A stretch of 64,000 bases of DNA from Heptranchias perlo (lineage: Eukaryota). The DNA lies in the NCBI RefSeq assembly GCF_035084215.1, contig NW_027139264.1:310001-374000 (forward strand), written 5' to 3'. Under the pieces are notes generated by a model that saw only the letters and a program-made list of their open reading frames with translations, had not been told where the DNA came from and made no database searches. Positions 12,085 to 25,400 of the stretch are shown piece by piece. The translations under genes were made by a program, and so were the position numbers. Position 1 is the first letter of the stretch. Every line of letters starts with the position of its first letter.

Positions 12085-12655
12085 ATTCCCCTCACCCCGA
12101 ACCCCACACCCTGAACCCCTCACCCTGAACCCCTCACCCTGAACCCCTCACCCTGAACCCCTCACCCTGAGCCCCTCACCCTGAACCCCTCACCCTCCCC
12201 TCACCCAGAACCCTCACCCCGAGCCCCTCACCCTGAGCCCCTCACCCTGAACCCCTCACCCTGAACCCCTCACCCTGAACCCCTCACCCTGAGCCCCTCA
12301 CCCTGAAACCCTCACCCTGAACCCCTCACCCTGAGCCCCACACCCTGAACCCCTCACCCTGAACCCCTCACCCTGAGCCCCTCACCTTGAATCCCTCACC
12401 CTGAGCCCCTCACCCTGAACCCCTCACCCTGAACCCCACACCCTGAAGCCCCTCACCCTGAACCCCTCACCCTGAACCCCTCACCCTGAAGCCCACACCT
12501 TCCCCTCACCCTGAACCCCTCACCCTGAGCCCCTCACCCTAAACCCCTCACCCTGAGCCCCTCACCCTGAGCCCCTCACCCTGAACCCCTCACCCCTCAC
12601 CTTCCCTTCACCCCTCACCCCTCACCCCTCACCTTCCCCTCACCCTGAACCCCGC
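12085..12655. repeat. 14-bp minisatellite (CACCCTGAACCCCT)n, ~40 copies; G4-prone on the minus strand
   Basis: 14-nt period (12121, 12135...). Lies within the inferred 3' UTR of the zinc-finger gene. Confidence 0.95.
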
Positions 12656-12657
12656 AC

Positions 12658-12785
12658 CTGTGCACAAATTGGCTGCTGCATTTGCCGACAGCAGTGACGA
12701 CACGTTAAAAAGTATTTCATTTTCTGTGAGGCACTTTGGAACATCCTGAGGTCATGAAAGGTGCTTTAAATAAATGCAAGTTCTT
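12658..12785 (+). mobile_element. SINE 3' tail fragment (Deu-SINE/L2-type tail)
   Basis: CTGTGCACAAATTGGCTGC...CACTTTGGAACATCCTGAGGTCATGAAAGGTGCTTTAAATAAATGCAAG. The same tail recurs at ~45410-45510, 46470-46590 and 63080-63210. Confidence 0.7.
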
Positions 12786-12929
12786 TTTCTGTCCTTCTTT
12801 CGAACATGTTCTCTTGTTGCTTGTGTCAGAAGCTTCCTGGCTGCAATGTCTCCTGTGAAGGTTGTACCTCTTGGCAGCAGTCAACGAGTTGGGAGAGTTG
12901 AAGCTGAGAAACTATGGTTTATATATTGT

Positions 12930-13320
12930 GGGGCAGAAATCCATCTCGAGCGGAAGCGTGAAACGGGCAGTATGGCCAATGGAACCCAATATCGGGCCGG
13001 GCGTATAACGGGCGGTATAGCCAATGGAACCCAATATCGGGCCGGGCGTATAACGGGCGGTATAGCCAATGGAACCCAATATCGGGCCGGGCGTATAACG
13101 GGCGGTATAGCCAATGGAACCCAATATCGGGCCGGGTGTATAACGGGCGGTATAGCCAATGGAACCCAATATCGGGCCGGGCGTATAACGGGTGGTATAG
13201 CCAATGGAACCCAATATCGGGCCGGGCGTATAACGGGCGGTATAGCCAATGGAACCCAATATCGGGCCGGGCGTATAACGGGTGGCTGATGCGCTGCCGC
13301 CCAAGTTGGATTTCTACTCC
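12930..13320. mobile_element. MITE (PIF/Harbinger-like ends) with an internally expanded 45-bp repeat
   Basis: Imperfect 14-bp TIRs: GGGGCAGAAATCCA (12930-43) and TGGATTTCTACTCC (13307-20; reverse complement GGAGTAGAAATCCA). Confidence 0.7.
12972..13285. repeat. 45-bp CpG-rich tandem repeat, 7 copies, two CCAAT per unit
   Basis: Unit ATAGCCAATGGAACCCAATATCGGGCCGGGCGTATAACGGGCGGT. CCAATGGAAC recurs at 12976, 13021, 13066, 13111, 13156, 13201 and 13246. Confidence 0.97.
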
Positions 13321-14438
13321 TGCGTCTGGTGACGTTTCAGGAGACGAGGTGAAGTCCTTCTCACACGCCCAGCATTTGGAGAGCTCCTCCCCTCAGAGGG
13401 CGCGCCGATCCCGCGAGAGGTCGGAGGGGTAACCGAGTGACCGGAGGCGGGTGGGGGAGGGGTCGAACCGGACCTCGCCGCACGGCGCCGGAACAGCTGC
13501 GACCGCCGGCTGAAGGCCCGCCGAGGCCACTCTGAGTGGATGCGCTCGTGGACCAGGAGGGCCGTCGAGCGGAGGAAGGCCTTCCCGCACATCGAGCACT
13601 TGTAGGCCTTGTCCCCGCTGTGCAGGCGCTGGTGGTTCAGGAAGCTGTAGGCGCGGGCGAAGGCCTGGTCGCACAGCGTGCACTTGTAGGGCCGCTCGCC
13701 GGTGTGGACGCGCCGGTGGACGGTGAGGCTGTACGGCCGGGAGAAGCTCTTCCCGCACACCGAGCACAGGTGCTGCTTCGGTGGGCGGGGGGAGGAAGAG
13801 GAGGAAGGTGAAGGGTCCCCGTTGGGACCAGGGGTCTTCGCCTGGGCCGGAGATCTGTCGGAGCTTTCCCCGGAGTGGCAGCACCTGTGCGTGGAGAAGG
13901 GTGACAGGTGGCTGTACATCTTGGCGCAAATGGGGCACTTGTAGATCTTCATGCCGGTGTGGACCCGCTGGTGCATCAGTAGCGAGGAGGAGCGGACGAA
14001 GCTCATGGGGCAGGCCAAGCAGCGGTAGGGCTTCTCCCTCATGTGGATGCGCTGGTGGACCAGCTGGTCGGAGGAGCGGGCAAAGGCCTTGTGGCACACC
14101 GGGCAGGCGAAGGGCTTCTCGCCAGTGTGGAGACGCTGGTGCTGGCGCATGGCGTAGAGCCAGGCGAAGGCCTTGTGGCACACGGGGCAGGTGAAGGGCT
14201 TGTCACCGGAGTGTACCCGCTGGTGCTGGCGCAGGCCGGAGGGCTGGGCAAAGGCCTTGCCGCAGGTCGGGCACTGGAACTGCTTCTGCCCCAGGTGGAT
14301 GTAGCGGTGGATCTTGAGGTTGGAGGGGCGGCTGAACATCTTCCCGCAGTCGGGACACTGCACCCTCTTGTCCCCCCGGGGGGCGCGCTCGCCCCCTGGC
14401 AGGTCGGAGGGCGGGGAAACAGCGGTTTGCGGATCCAT
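13314..14438 (-). CDS. C2H2 zinc-finger protein, ~374 aa, 6+3 Kruppel-type fingers, no KRAB/SCAN/BTB visible
   Basis: First in-frame ATG at 14438 (MDPQT...). Fingers CPDC, CPTC, CPVC, CPVC, CLAC, CPIC (degenerate), then an S/P-rich spacer, then CSVC, CTLC, CSMC, with TGEKP-like linkers. Intact, GC3-rich ORF. Minus-strand AATAAA at 11902-11907. Confidence 0.92.
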   Translation of the reverse strand: MDPQTAVSPPSDLPGGERAPRGDKRVQCPDCGKMFSRPSNLKIHRYIHLGQKQFQCPTCGKAFAQPSGLRQHQRVHSGDKPFTCPVCHKAFAWLYAMRQHQRLHTGEKPFACPVCHKAFARSSDQLVHQRIHMREKPYRCLACPMSFVRSSSLLMHQRVHTGMKIYKCPICAKMYSHLSPFSTHRCCHSGESSDRSPAQAKTPGPNGDPSPSSSSSPRPPKQHLCSVCGKSFSRPYSLTVHRRVHTGERPYKCTLCDQAFARAYSFLNHQRLHSGDKAYKCSMCGKAFLRSTALLVHERIHSEWPRRAFSRRSQLFRRRAARSGSTPPPPASGHSVTPPTSRGIGAPSEGRSSPNAGRVRRTSPRLLKRHQTQE

Positions 14439-14830
14439 TCTCCCTCCTGCCCTTGCGACGAGGAACAAGACTCCGCACTTTGGGGGGAGGCGAGGGTGGA
14501 AAATGAGCAACAGGAGACTCCGCACAAAGGACGAGGCAGCGAGGGCAGTGGATCTCAGGCAAAGCACGCTGCCCAAATCCTGGGCACGAAAGAGCCCCTA
14601 CTCCGGATGCATTTCCCTTGCTGAAGATCAGAGGAGGACGAGTTCAACAGGACAACTCAATTGCCAGGCAATGCCAATGCTCCACCCCCCACACTGGGTC
14701 CGGGCTAGTTGGACAAGGCAGGAGAACGTCTCTTCGTTGTCAACAGCTGCCCCTCTCCAAATCCAACCAATGCCGACACCTTGCACGGACTGTCTCGGAG
14801 AACGGGTGGCTTTTCCATCCCACCACTCAC

Positions 14831-14877
14831 CAAGGGGGCTCAGCTGGGTCCTTCGACTCCTCGCGTCTCCTCCAAAA
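14831..14877 (-). other. Putative 47-nt 5' UTR exon of the zinc-finger gene
   Basis: Minus-strand acceptor gttcatttgtttcatttgtttctcAG (14879-78) and donor TTG|GTGAGT (14830). A downstream acceptor cctcctctgatcttcAG (14622-21) opens the coding exon at 14620. Confidence 0.55.
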
Positions 14878-14904
14878 CTGAGAAACAAATGAAACAAATG
14901 AACA

Positions 14905-15365
14905 CTTTAGGAAGGATGTCAAGGCCTTGGAGAGGGCGCAGAGGAGGTTTGACGAGAATGGTACCAGGGATGCGGGGCTGTCCAGAGGTTGGGGTTGTTC
15001 TCCTCAGGGCAGAGAAGGTGAAGGGGAGATTTGGTGGAGGTGTTCAAAATTATGCAGGGTTTTGATCGAGCAAATAAGGAGAAACCGTTTCCACTGGCAG
15101 AAGGGTCGCAGGTTGAAGATAACTGGCAAAAGAACCAGAGGCGACATGAGGAAATATATTTTCATGCAGCGAGTTGTTCTGATCTGCAATGCACTGCCTG
15201 AAAGGGTGGTGGAAGCAGATTGCTTTTCAAAAGGGAATTGGATAAATACATGAAGGGGGGAAATTTGCAGGGGAATGGGACTAATTGGATAGCTCTTTCA
15301 AAGAGCCAGTACAGGCACGATGGGACGAACGGCCTCCTTCTGCTCTGTATCAATCTATGATTCTA
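14905..15365 (+). mobile_element. CR1 LINE 3' fragment
   Basis: ERAQRRF...KRTRGDMRKYIFMQRVVLICNALPERVVEAD followed by a (TCTATGAT) tail. Confidence 0.85.
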
Positions 15366-16230
15366 TATCTTTATCTGCTGCCAAGGCAACTGTACACGAT
15401 GGGATATTGATGGGTAAGTCACACCCCCGTGTACGGTGCCCGGGGAGAACTCCCCTGCTCTTCTTCGAAATAGTGCCGTGGAATCTTTTACGTTCAACTG
15501 AGAGCGCAGACGGGGTCTCGGATTAATGCCTCATCTGAAACACAGCACCTCTGACAGTGTAGCACTCCCTCAGGACTGCCCCTCCGACAATGCAGCACTC
15601 CCTCAGTACTGCCCCTCCGACAGTGCAGCACTCCCTCAGGACTGCCCCTCCGACAGTGTAGCACTCCCTCAGTACTGCCCCTCCGACAGTGCAGTGCTCC
15701 CTCAGCACTGTCCCTCAGAAAGTACAGCGCTCCCTCAGTACTGCCCCTCCGACAATGCAGCACTCCCTCAGTACTGCCCCTCCGACAGTGCAGCACTCCC
15801 TCAGGACTGCCCCTCCGACAGTGTAGCGCTCCCTCAGTACTGCCCCTCCGACAGTGCAGCACTCCCTCAGTACTGCCCCTCCGACAGTGCAGTGCTCCCT
15901 CAGCACTGTCCCTCAGAAAGTACAGCGCTCCCTCAGTACTGCCCCTCCCACAGTACAGCGCTCCCTCAGTACTGTCCCTCCCACAGTGCAGCGCTCCCTC
16001 AGTACTGCCCCTCCCACAGTACAGCACTCCCTCAGTCCTGCCCCTCCGACAGTGCAGCGCTCCCTCAGTACTGCCCCTCCCACAGTGCAGCACTCCCTCA
16101 GTCCTGCTCCTCCGACAGTGCAGTGCTCCCTCAGTCCTGCACTGGAGTGTGAGCCAGGATTATCTGGTCAAGTGTCTGGAGTGGGAGTTGAACTGATAAC
16201 CTCGGACTCAGGTGTGAGTGCGCTCCCCAC
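15366..16230 (-). mobile_element. Deu-domain SINE with an internal 33-bp tandem expansion (15540-16140, ~18 copies)
   Basis: tRNA-like head on minus at ~16170-16230. Unit CAGTACTGCCCCTCCGACAGTGCAGCACTCCCT. Deu-like GATGAGGCATTAATCCGAGACCCCGTCTGC on minus. Confidence 0.75.
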
Positions 16231-16499
16231 AGAGAGACGGCTTCATCAAAGCGATTCTGGACTCTGTGTCCACCACTGGTTTTGAAAAGGGGATTTCTTA
16301 ATAACTCGCTGCATGAAAAAAGTCCCTTTATTCTTTTCTGATTGATATTAAGTTTGCGCCTTTTTTCAAAACTCTGAAATTTAAGTTTCTCTCATCTCTC
16401 CTCCGAGCTCATCCCATTCAGACCAGGATCAGTCTCTTTGTAGCTTTCGAATGCAACTTTATCTTGGCTGTGATCTCACCCACTCCCTCCCCCTGCCTT

Positions 16500-19400
16500 C
16501 CTTCACTCTGTCACTCTCACACACACACTCACTCCCCCCTCTCCCTCCCTCCCTCCCACTCTCACATACACACTCACTCCCCCCTCTCCCTCCCTCCCTC
16601 CCACTCTCACATACACACTCACTCCCCCCTCTCCCTCCCTCCCTCCCTCTCTCACACACACTCACTCCCCCCTCTCCCTCCCTCCCTCCCACTCTCACAC
16701 ACACTCACTCCCCCCTCTCCCTCCCTCCCTCCCACTCTCTCACACACACTCACTCCCCCCTCTCCCTCCCTCCCTCCCTCCCACTCTCACACACACACTC
16801 ACTCCCCCCTCTCCCTCCCTCCCTCCCTCCCACTCTCACATAAACACTCACTCCCCCCTCTCCCTCCCTCCCTCCCACTCTCACACACACACTCACTCCC
16901 CCCTCTCCCTCCCTCCCTCTCACTCTCACATACACACTCACTCCCCCCTCTCCCTCCCTCCCTCTCACTCTCACAGACANNNNNNNNNNNNNNNNNNNNN
17001 NNNNNNNNNNNNNNNNNNNNNNNNNNNNNNNNNNNNNNNNNNNNNNNNNNNNNNNNNNNNNNNNNNNNNNNNNNNNNNNNNNNNNNNNNNNNNNNNNNNN
17101 NNNNNNNNNNNNNNNNNTCCCCCCTCTCCCTCCCTCCCTCCCACTCACACACACTCACTCCCCCCTCTCCCTCCCTCCCTCCCACTCTCACATACACACT
17201 CACTCCCCCCTCTCCCTCCCTCCCTCCCACTCTCACATACACACTCACTCCCCCCTCTCCCTCCCTCCCTCCCACTCTCTCATACACACTCACTCCCCCC
17301 TCTCCCTCCCTCCCTCCCACTCTCACACACACTCACTCCCCCCTCTCCCTCCCTCCCTCCCACTCTCACACACACACTCACTCCCCCCTCTCCCTCCCTC
17401 CCTCCCACTCTCACACACTCACTCCCCCCCTCTCCCTCCCTCCCTCCCACTCTCACATACACACTCACTCCCCGCTCTCCCTCCCTCCCTCCCACTCTCA
17501 CAAACACACTCACTCCCCCCTCTCCCTCCCTCCCTCCCACTCTCACATACACACTCACTCCCCCCTCTCCCTCCCTCCCTCCCACTCTCACATACACACT
17601 CACTCCCCCCTCTCCCTCCCTCCCTCCCACTCTCACACACTCACTCCCCCCTCTCCCTCCCTCCCTCCCACTCTCACATACACACTCACTCCCCGCTCTC
17701 CCTCCCTCCCTCGCACTCTCACAAACACACTCACTCCCCCCTCTCCCTCCCTCCCTCCCACTCTCACATACACACTCACTCCCCCCTCTCCCTCCCTCCC
17801 TCCCACTCTCACATACACACTCACTCCCCCCTCTCCCTCCCTCCCTCCCACTCTCATACACACTCACTCCCCCCTCTCCCTCCCTCCCTCCCACTCTCAC
17901 ATACACACTCACTCCCCCCTCTCCCTCCCTCCCTCCCTCCCACTCTCACATACACACTCACTCCCCCCTCTCCCTCCCTCCCTCCCACTCTCACATACAC
18001 ACTCACTCCCCACTCTCCCTCCCTCCCTCCCACTCTCACACACACACTCACTCCCCCCTCTCCCTCCCTCCCTCTCACTCTCACACACACACTCACTCCC
18101 CCCTCTCCCTCCCTCCCTCCCACTCTCACATACACACTCACTCCCCCCTCTCCCTCCCTCCCTCCCACTCTCTCATACACACTCACTCCCCCCTCTCCCT
18201 CCCTCCCTCCCACTCTCACACACACACTCACTCCCCCCTCTCCCTCCCTCCCTCCCACTCTCACATACACACTCACTCCCCCCTCTCCCTCCCTCCCTCC
18301 CACTCTCTCATACACACTCACTCCCCCCTCTCCCTCCCTCCCTCCCACTCTCACATACACACTCACTCCCCCCTCCACCTCCCTCCCTCCCACTCTCACA
18401 GACACACTCACTCCCCCCTCTCCCTCCCTCCCTCCCACTCTCTCATACACACTCACTCCCCCCTCTCCCTCCCTCCCTCCCACTCTCACACACACACTCA
18501 CTCCCCCCTCTCCCTCCCTCCCTCCCACTCTCTCATACACACTCACTCCCCCCTCTCCCTCCCTCCCTCCCGCTCTCTCTCCCTCCCTCCCTCCCACTCT
18601 CCCTCCCTCCCTCCCGCTCTCTCTCCCTCCCTCCCTCCCACTCTCACATACACACTCACTCCCCCCTCTCCCTCCCTCCCTCCCGCTCTCTCTCCCTCCC
18701 TCCCTCCCACTCTCCCTCCCTCCCTCCCGCTCTCTCTCCCTCCCTCCCTCCCACTCTCTCATACACACTCACTCCCCCCTCTCCCTCCCTCCCTCCCACT
18801 CTCACATACACACTCACTCCCCCCTCTCCCTCCCTCCCTCCCGCTCTCTCTCCCTCCCTCCCTCCCACTCTCCCTCCCTCCCTCCCGCTCTCTCTCCCTC
18901 CCTCCCTCCCACTCTCTCATACACACTCACTCCCCCCTCTCCCTCCCTCCCTCCCACTCTCACATACACACTCACTCCCCCCTCTCCCTCCCTCCCTCCC
19001 ACTCTCCCTCCCTCCCTCCCCTCTCTCTCCCTCCCTCCCTCCCACTCTCACATACACACTCACTCCCCCCTCTCCCTCCCTCCCTCCTCCCACTCTCTCA
19101 TACACACTCACTCCCCCCTCTCCCTCCCTCCCTCCCACTCTCACACACACTCACTCCCCCCTCTCCCTCCCTCCCTCCCACTCTCACATACACACTCACT
19201 CCCCCCTCTCCCTCCCTCCCTCCCACTCTCACACACACACTCACTCCCCCCTCTCCCTCCCTCCCTTCCTCCCACTCTCTCATACACACTCACTCCCCCC
19301 TCTCCCTCCCTCCCTCCCACTCTCACACACACTCACTCCCCCCTCTCCCTCCCTCCCTCCCACTCTCTCATACACACTCACTCCCCCCTCTCCCTCCCTC

Positions 19401-22400
19401 CCTCCCTCCCACTCTCACATACACACTCACTCCCCCCTCTCCCTCCCTCCCTCTCACTCTCTCATACACACTCACTCCCCCCTCTCCCTCCCTCCCTCCC
19501 ACTCTCACACACACACTCACTCCCCCCTCTCCCTCCCTCCCTCCCACTCTCACACACACACTCACTCCCCCCTCTCCCTCCCTCCCTCCCACTCTCACAC
19601 ACACTCACTCCCCCCTCTCCCTCCCTCCCTCCCACTCTCACATACACACTCACTCCCCCCTCTCCCTCCCTCCCTTCCTCCCACTCTCACATACACACTC
19701 ACTCCCCCCTCTCCCTCCCTCCCTCCCACTCTCACATACACACTCACTCCCCCCTCTCCCTCCCTCCCTCCCACTCTCACATACACACTCACTCCCCCCT
19801 CTCCCTCCCTCCCTCCCACTCTCACATACACACTCACTCCCCCCTCTCCCTCCCTCCCTCCCACTCTCACATACACACTCACTCCCCCCTCTCCCTCCCT
19901 CCCTCCCACTCTCACATACACACTCACTCCCCCCTCTCCCTCCCTCCCTCCCACTCTCACACACACACTCACTCCCCCCTATCCCTCCCTCCCTCCCATT
20001 CTCACACACACACTCACTCCCCCCTCTCCCTCCCTCCCTCCCACTCTCACATACACACTCACTCCCCCCTCTCCCTCCCTCCCTCCCACTCTCACATACA
20101 CACTCACTCCCCCCTCTCCCTCCCTCCCTCCCACTCTCACATACACACTCACTCCCCCCTCTCCCTCCCTCCCTCCCACTCTCACATACACACTCACTCC
20201 CCCCTCTCCCTCCCTCCCTCCCACTCTCACATACACACTCACTCCCCCCTCTCCCTCCCTCCCTCCCACTCTCACATACACACTCACTCCCCCCTCTCCC
20301 TCCCTCCCTCCCACTCTCACACACACACTCACTCCCCCCTATCCCTCCCTCCCTCCCATTCTCACACACACACTCACTCCCCCCTCTCCCTCCCTCCCTC
20401 CCACTCTCACATACACACTCACTCCCCCCTCTCCCTCCCTCCCTCCCACTCTCACATACACACTCACTCCCCCCTCTCCCTCCCTCCCTCCCACTCTCAC
20501 ATACACACTCACTCCCCCCCTCCCTCCCTCCCTCCCACTCTCACACACACACTCACTCCCCCCTCTCCCTCCCTCCCTCCCACTCTCACATACACACTCA
20601 CTCCCCCCTCTCCCTCCCTCCCTCTCACTCTCACACACACACTCACTCCCCCCTCTCCCTCCCTCCCTCCCACTCTCAGATACACACTCACTCCCCCCTC
20701 TCCCTCCCTCTCTCCCACTCTCACATACACACTCACTCCCCCCTCTCCCTCCCTCCCTCCCACTCTCACATACACACTCACTCCCCCCTCTCCCTCCCTC
20801 CCTCTCACTCTCACACACACACTCACTCCCCCCTCTCCCTCCCTCCCTCCCACTCTCTCATACACACTCACTCCCCCCTCTCCCTCCCTCCCTCCCACTC
20901 TCACATACACACTCACTCCCCCCTCTCCCTCCCTCCCTCCCACTCTCACATACACACTCACTCCCCCCTCTCCCTCCCTCCCACTCTCACATACACACTC
21001 ACTCCCCCCTCTCCCTCCCTCCCTCCCTCTCACTCTCACATACACACTCACTCCCCCCTCTCCCTCCCTACCTCCCTCCCACTCTCTCATACACACTCAC
21101 TCCCCCCTCTCCCTCCCTCCCTCCCACTCTCACACACACACTCACTCCCCCCTCTCCCTCCCTCCCTCCCACTCTCACATACACACTCACTCCCCCCTCT
21201 CACTCCCTCCCTCTCACTCTCACATACACACTCACTCCCCCCTCTCCCTCCCTCCCTCCCACTCTCACATACACACTCACTCCCCCCTCTCCCTCCCTCC
21301 CTCCCACTCTCACATACACACTCACTCCCCCCTCTCCCTCCCTCCCTCCCACTCTCACATAAACACTCACTCCCCACTCTCCCTCCCTCCCTCCCACTCT
21401 CTCATACACACTCACTCNNNNNNNNNNNNNNNNNNNNNNNNNNNNNNNNNNNNNNNNNNNNNNNNNNNNNNNNNNNNNNNNNNNNNNNNNNNNNNNNNNN
21501 NNNNNNNNNNNNNNNNNNNNNNNNNNNNNNNNNNNNNNNNNNNNNNNNNNNCTCACATACACACTCACTCCCCCCTCTCCCTCCCTCCCTTCCTCCCACT
21601 CTCACATACACACTCACTCCCCCCTCTCCCTCCCTCCCTCCCACTCTCACACACACACTCACTCCCCCCTCTCCCTCCCTCCCTCCCACTCTCACACACA
21701 CACACACTCCCCCCTCTCCCTCCCTCCCTCCCACTCTCACACACACACTCACTCCCCCCTCTCCCTCCCTCCCTCCCACTCTCACATACACACTCACTCC
21801 CCCCTCTCCCTCCCTCCCTCCCACTCTCACACACACACTCACTCCCCCCTCTCCCTCCCTCCCTCCCACTCTCACACACACACTCACTCCCCCCTCTCCC
21901 TCCCTCCCTCCCACTCTCACATAAACACTCACTCCCCCCTCTCCCTCCCTCCCTCCCTCCCACTATCTCATACACACTCACTCCCCCCTCTCCCTCCCTC
22001 CCTCCCACTCTCACACACACACTCACTCCCCCCTCTCCCTCCCTCCCTCCAACTCTCTCATACACACTCACTCCCCCCTCTCCCTCCCTCCCTCCCACTC
22101 TCACATACACACTCACTCCCCCCTCTCCCTCCCTCCCTCCCACTCTCTCATACACACTCACTCCCCCCTCTCCCTCCCTCCCTCCCACTCTCACATACAC
22201 ACTCACTCCCCCCTCTCCCTCCCTCCCTCCCACTCTCACACACACTCACTCCCCCCTCTCCCTCCCTCCCTCCCACTCTCACACACACACTCACTCCCCC
22301 CTCTCCCTCCCTCCCTCCCACTCTCACACACACACTCACTCCCCCCTCTCCCTCCCTCCCTCCCACTCTCTCATACACACTCACTCCCCCCTCTCCCTCC

Positions 22401-25400
22401 CTCCCTCCCACTCTCACACACACTCACTCCCCCCTCTCCCTCCCTCCCTCCCACTCTCACATAAACACTCACTCCCCCCTCTCCCTCCCTCCCTCCCACT
22501 CTCACACACACACTCTCTCCCCCCTCTCCCTCCCTCCCTCTCACTCTCACATACACACTCACTCCCCACTCTCCCTCCCTCCCTCCCACTCTCACACACA
22601 CACTCACTCCCCCCTCTCCCTCCCTCCCTCCCACTCTCTCATACACACTCACTCCCCCTCTCCCTCCCTCCCTCCCACTCTCACATACACACTCACTCCC
22701 CCCTCTCCCTCCCTCCCTCCCACTCACACACACACACTCACTCCCCCCTCTCCCTCCCTCCCTCCCACTCTCACATAAACACTCACTCCCCACTCTCCCT
22801 CCCTCCCTCCCACTCTCACATACACACTCACTCCCCCCTCTCCCTCCCTCCCTCCCACTCTCACATACACACTCACTCCCCCTCTCCCTCCCTCCCTCCC
22901 ACTCTCACATACACACTCACTCCCCCCTCTCCCTCTCTCCCTCCCACTCTCACACACACACTCACTCCCCCCTCTCCCTCCCTCCCTCCCACTCTCACAT
23001 ACACACTCACTCCCCCCTCTCCCTCTCTCCCTCCCACTCTCACACACACACTCACTCCCCCCTCTCCCTCCCTCCCTCCCACTCACACACACACACTCAC
23101 TCCCCCCTCTCCCTCCCTCCCTCCCACTCTCACATAAACACTCACTCCCCACTCTCCCTCCCTCCCTCCCACTCTCACATACACACTCACTCCCCCCTCT
23201 CCCTCCCTCCCTCCCACTCTCACACACACACTCACTCCCCCCTCTCCCTCCCTCCCTCCCACTCTCACATACACACTCACTCCCCCCTCTCCCTCCCTCC
23301 CTCCCACTCTCACATACACACTCACTCCCCCCTCTCCCTCCCTCCCTCCCACTCTCACATACACACTCACTCCCCCCTCTCCCTCCCTCCCATACACACT
23401 CACTCCCCCCTCTCCCTCCCTCCCTCCCACTCTCACACACACACTCACTCCCCCCTCTCCCTCCCTCCCTCCCACTCTCACACACACACTCACTCCCCCC
23501 TCTCCCTCCCTCCCTCCCACTCACACACACACACTCACTCCCCCCTCTCCCTCCCTCCCTCCCACTCTCACATACACACTCACTCCCCCCCTCTCCCTCC
23601 CTCCCACTCTCACATACACACTCACTCCCCCCTCTCCCTCCCTCCCTCCCACTCTCACACACACACTCACTCCCCCCTCTCCCTCCCTCCCTCCCACTCT
23701 CACACACACACTCACTCCCCCCTCTCCCTCCCTCCCTCCCACTCTCACATACACACTCACTCCCCCCTCTCCCTCCCTCCCTCCCACTCTCTCATACACA
23801 CTCACTCCCCCCTCTCCCTCCCTCCCTCCCACTCTCACATACACACTCACTCCCCCCTCTCCCTCCCTCCCTCCCTCCCACTCTCACATACACACTCACT
23901 CCCCCCTCTCCCTCCCTCCCTCCCACTCTCACATACACACTCACTCCCCCCTCTCTCCCTCCCTCCCCTCCCACTCTCTCACACACACACTCACTCCCCC
24001 TCTCCCTCCCTCCCTCCCACTCTCACACACACACTCACTCCCCCCTCTCCCTCCCTCCCTCCCACTCTCACATACACACTCACTCCCCCCTCTCCCTCCC
24101 TCCCTCCCACTCTCACACACACTCACTCCCCCCTCTCCCTCCCTCCCTCCCACTCTCACACACACACTCACTCCCCCCTCTCCCTCCCTCCCTCCCACTC
24201 TCACATACACACTCACTCCCCCCTCTCCCTCCCTCCCTCCCACTCTCACATACACACTCACTCCCCCCTCTCCCTCCCTCCCTCCCACTCTCACACACAC
24301 ACTCACTCCCCCCTCTCCCTCCCTCCCTCCCACTCTCACACACACACACTCACTCCCCCCTCTCCCTCCCTCCCTCCCACTCTCTCATACACACTCACTC
24401 CCCCCTCTCCCTCCCTCCCTCCCACTCTCTCATACACACTCACTCCCCCCTCTCCCTCCCTCCCTCCCACTCTCTCATACACACTCACTCCCCCCTCTCC
24501 CTCCCTCTCTCCCACTCTCTCATACACACTCACTCCCCCCTCTCCCTCCCTCCCTCCCACTCACACATACACACTCACTCCCCCCTCTCCCTCCCTCTCT
24601 CCCACTCTCACATACACACTCACTCCCCCCTCTCCCTCCCTCCCTCCCTCCCACTCTCACACACACACTCACTCCCCCCTCTCCCTCCCTCCCTCCCACT
24701 CTCACATACACACCCACTCCCCCCTCTCCCTCCCTCCCTCCCACTCTCACATACACACTCACTCCCCCCTCTCCCTCCCTCCCTCCCACTCTCACATACA
24801 CACTCACTCCCCCCTCTCCCTCCCTCCCTCCCACTCTCACATACACACCCACTCCCCCCTCTCCCTCCCTCTCTCCCACTCTCACATACACACTCACTCC
24901 CCCCTCTCCCTCCCTCCCTCCCTCCCACTCTCACACACACACTCACTCCCCCCTCTCCCTCCCTCCCTCCCACTCTCACATACACACCCACTCCCCCCTC
25001 TCCCTCCCTCCCTCCCACTCTCACATACACACCCACTCCCCCCTCTCCCTCCCTCCCTCCCACTCTCACATACACACTCACTCCCCCCTCTCCCTCCCTC
25101 CCTCCCTCCCACTCTCACACACACACTCACTCCCCCCTCTCCCTCCCTCCCTCCCACTCTCACACACACACTCACTCCCCCCTCTCCCTCCCTCCCTCCC
25201 ACTCTCACATACACACTCACTCCCCCCTCTCCCTCCCTCCCTCCCACTCTCACATACACACTCACTCCCCCCTCTCCCTCCCTCCCTCCCACTCTCTCAT
25301 ACACACTCACTCCCCCCTCTCCCTCCCTCCCTCCCACTCTCACATACACACTCACTCCCCCCTCTCCCTCCCTCCCTCCCTCCCACTCTCACATACACAC

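Noticed and set aside
14439-14576. Hydrophobic N-terminal extension of the 420-aa zinc-finger ORF
   Set aside because: It depends on a TTG start. The first in-frame ATG is 14438, so this is more plausibly 5' UTR.
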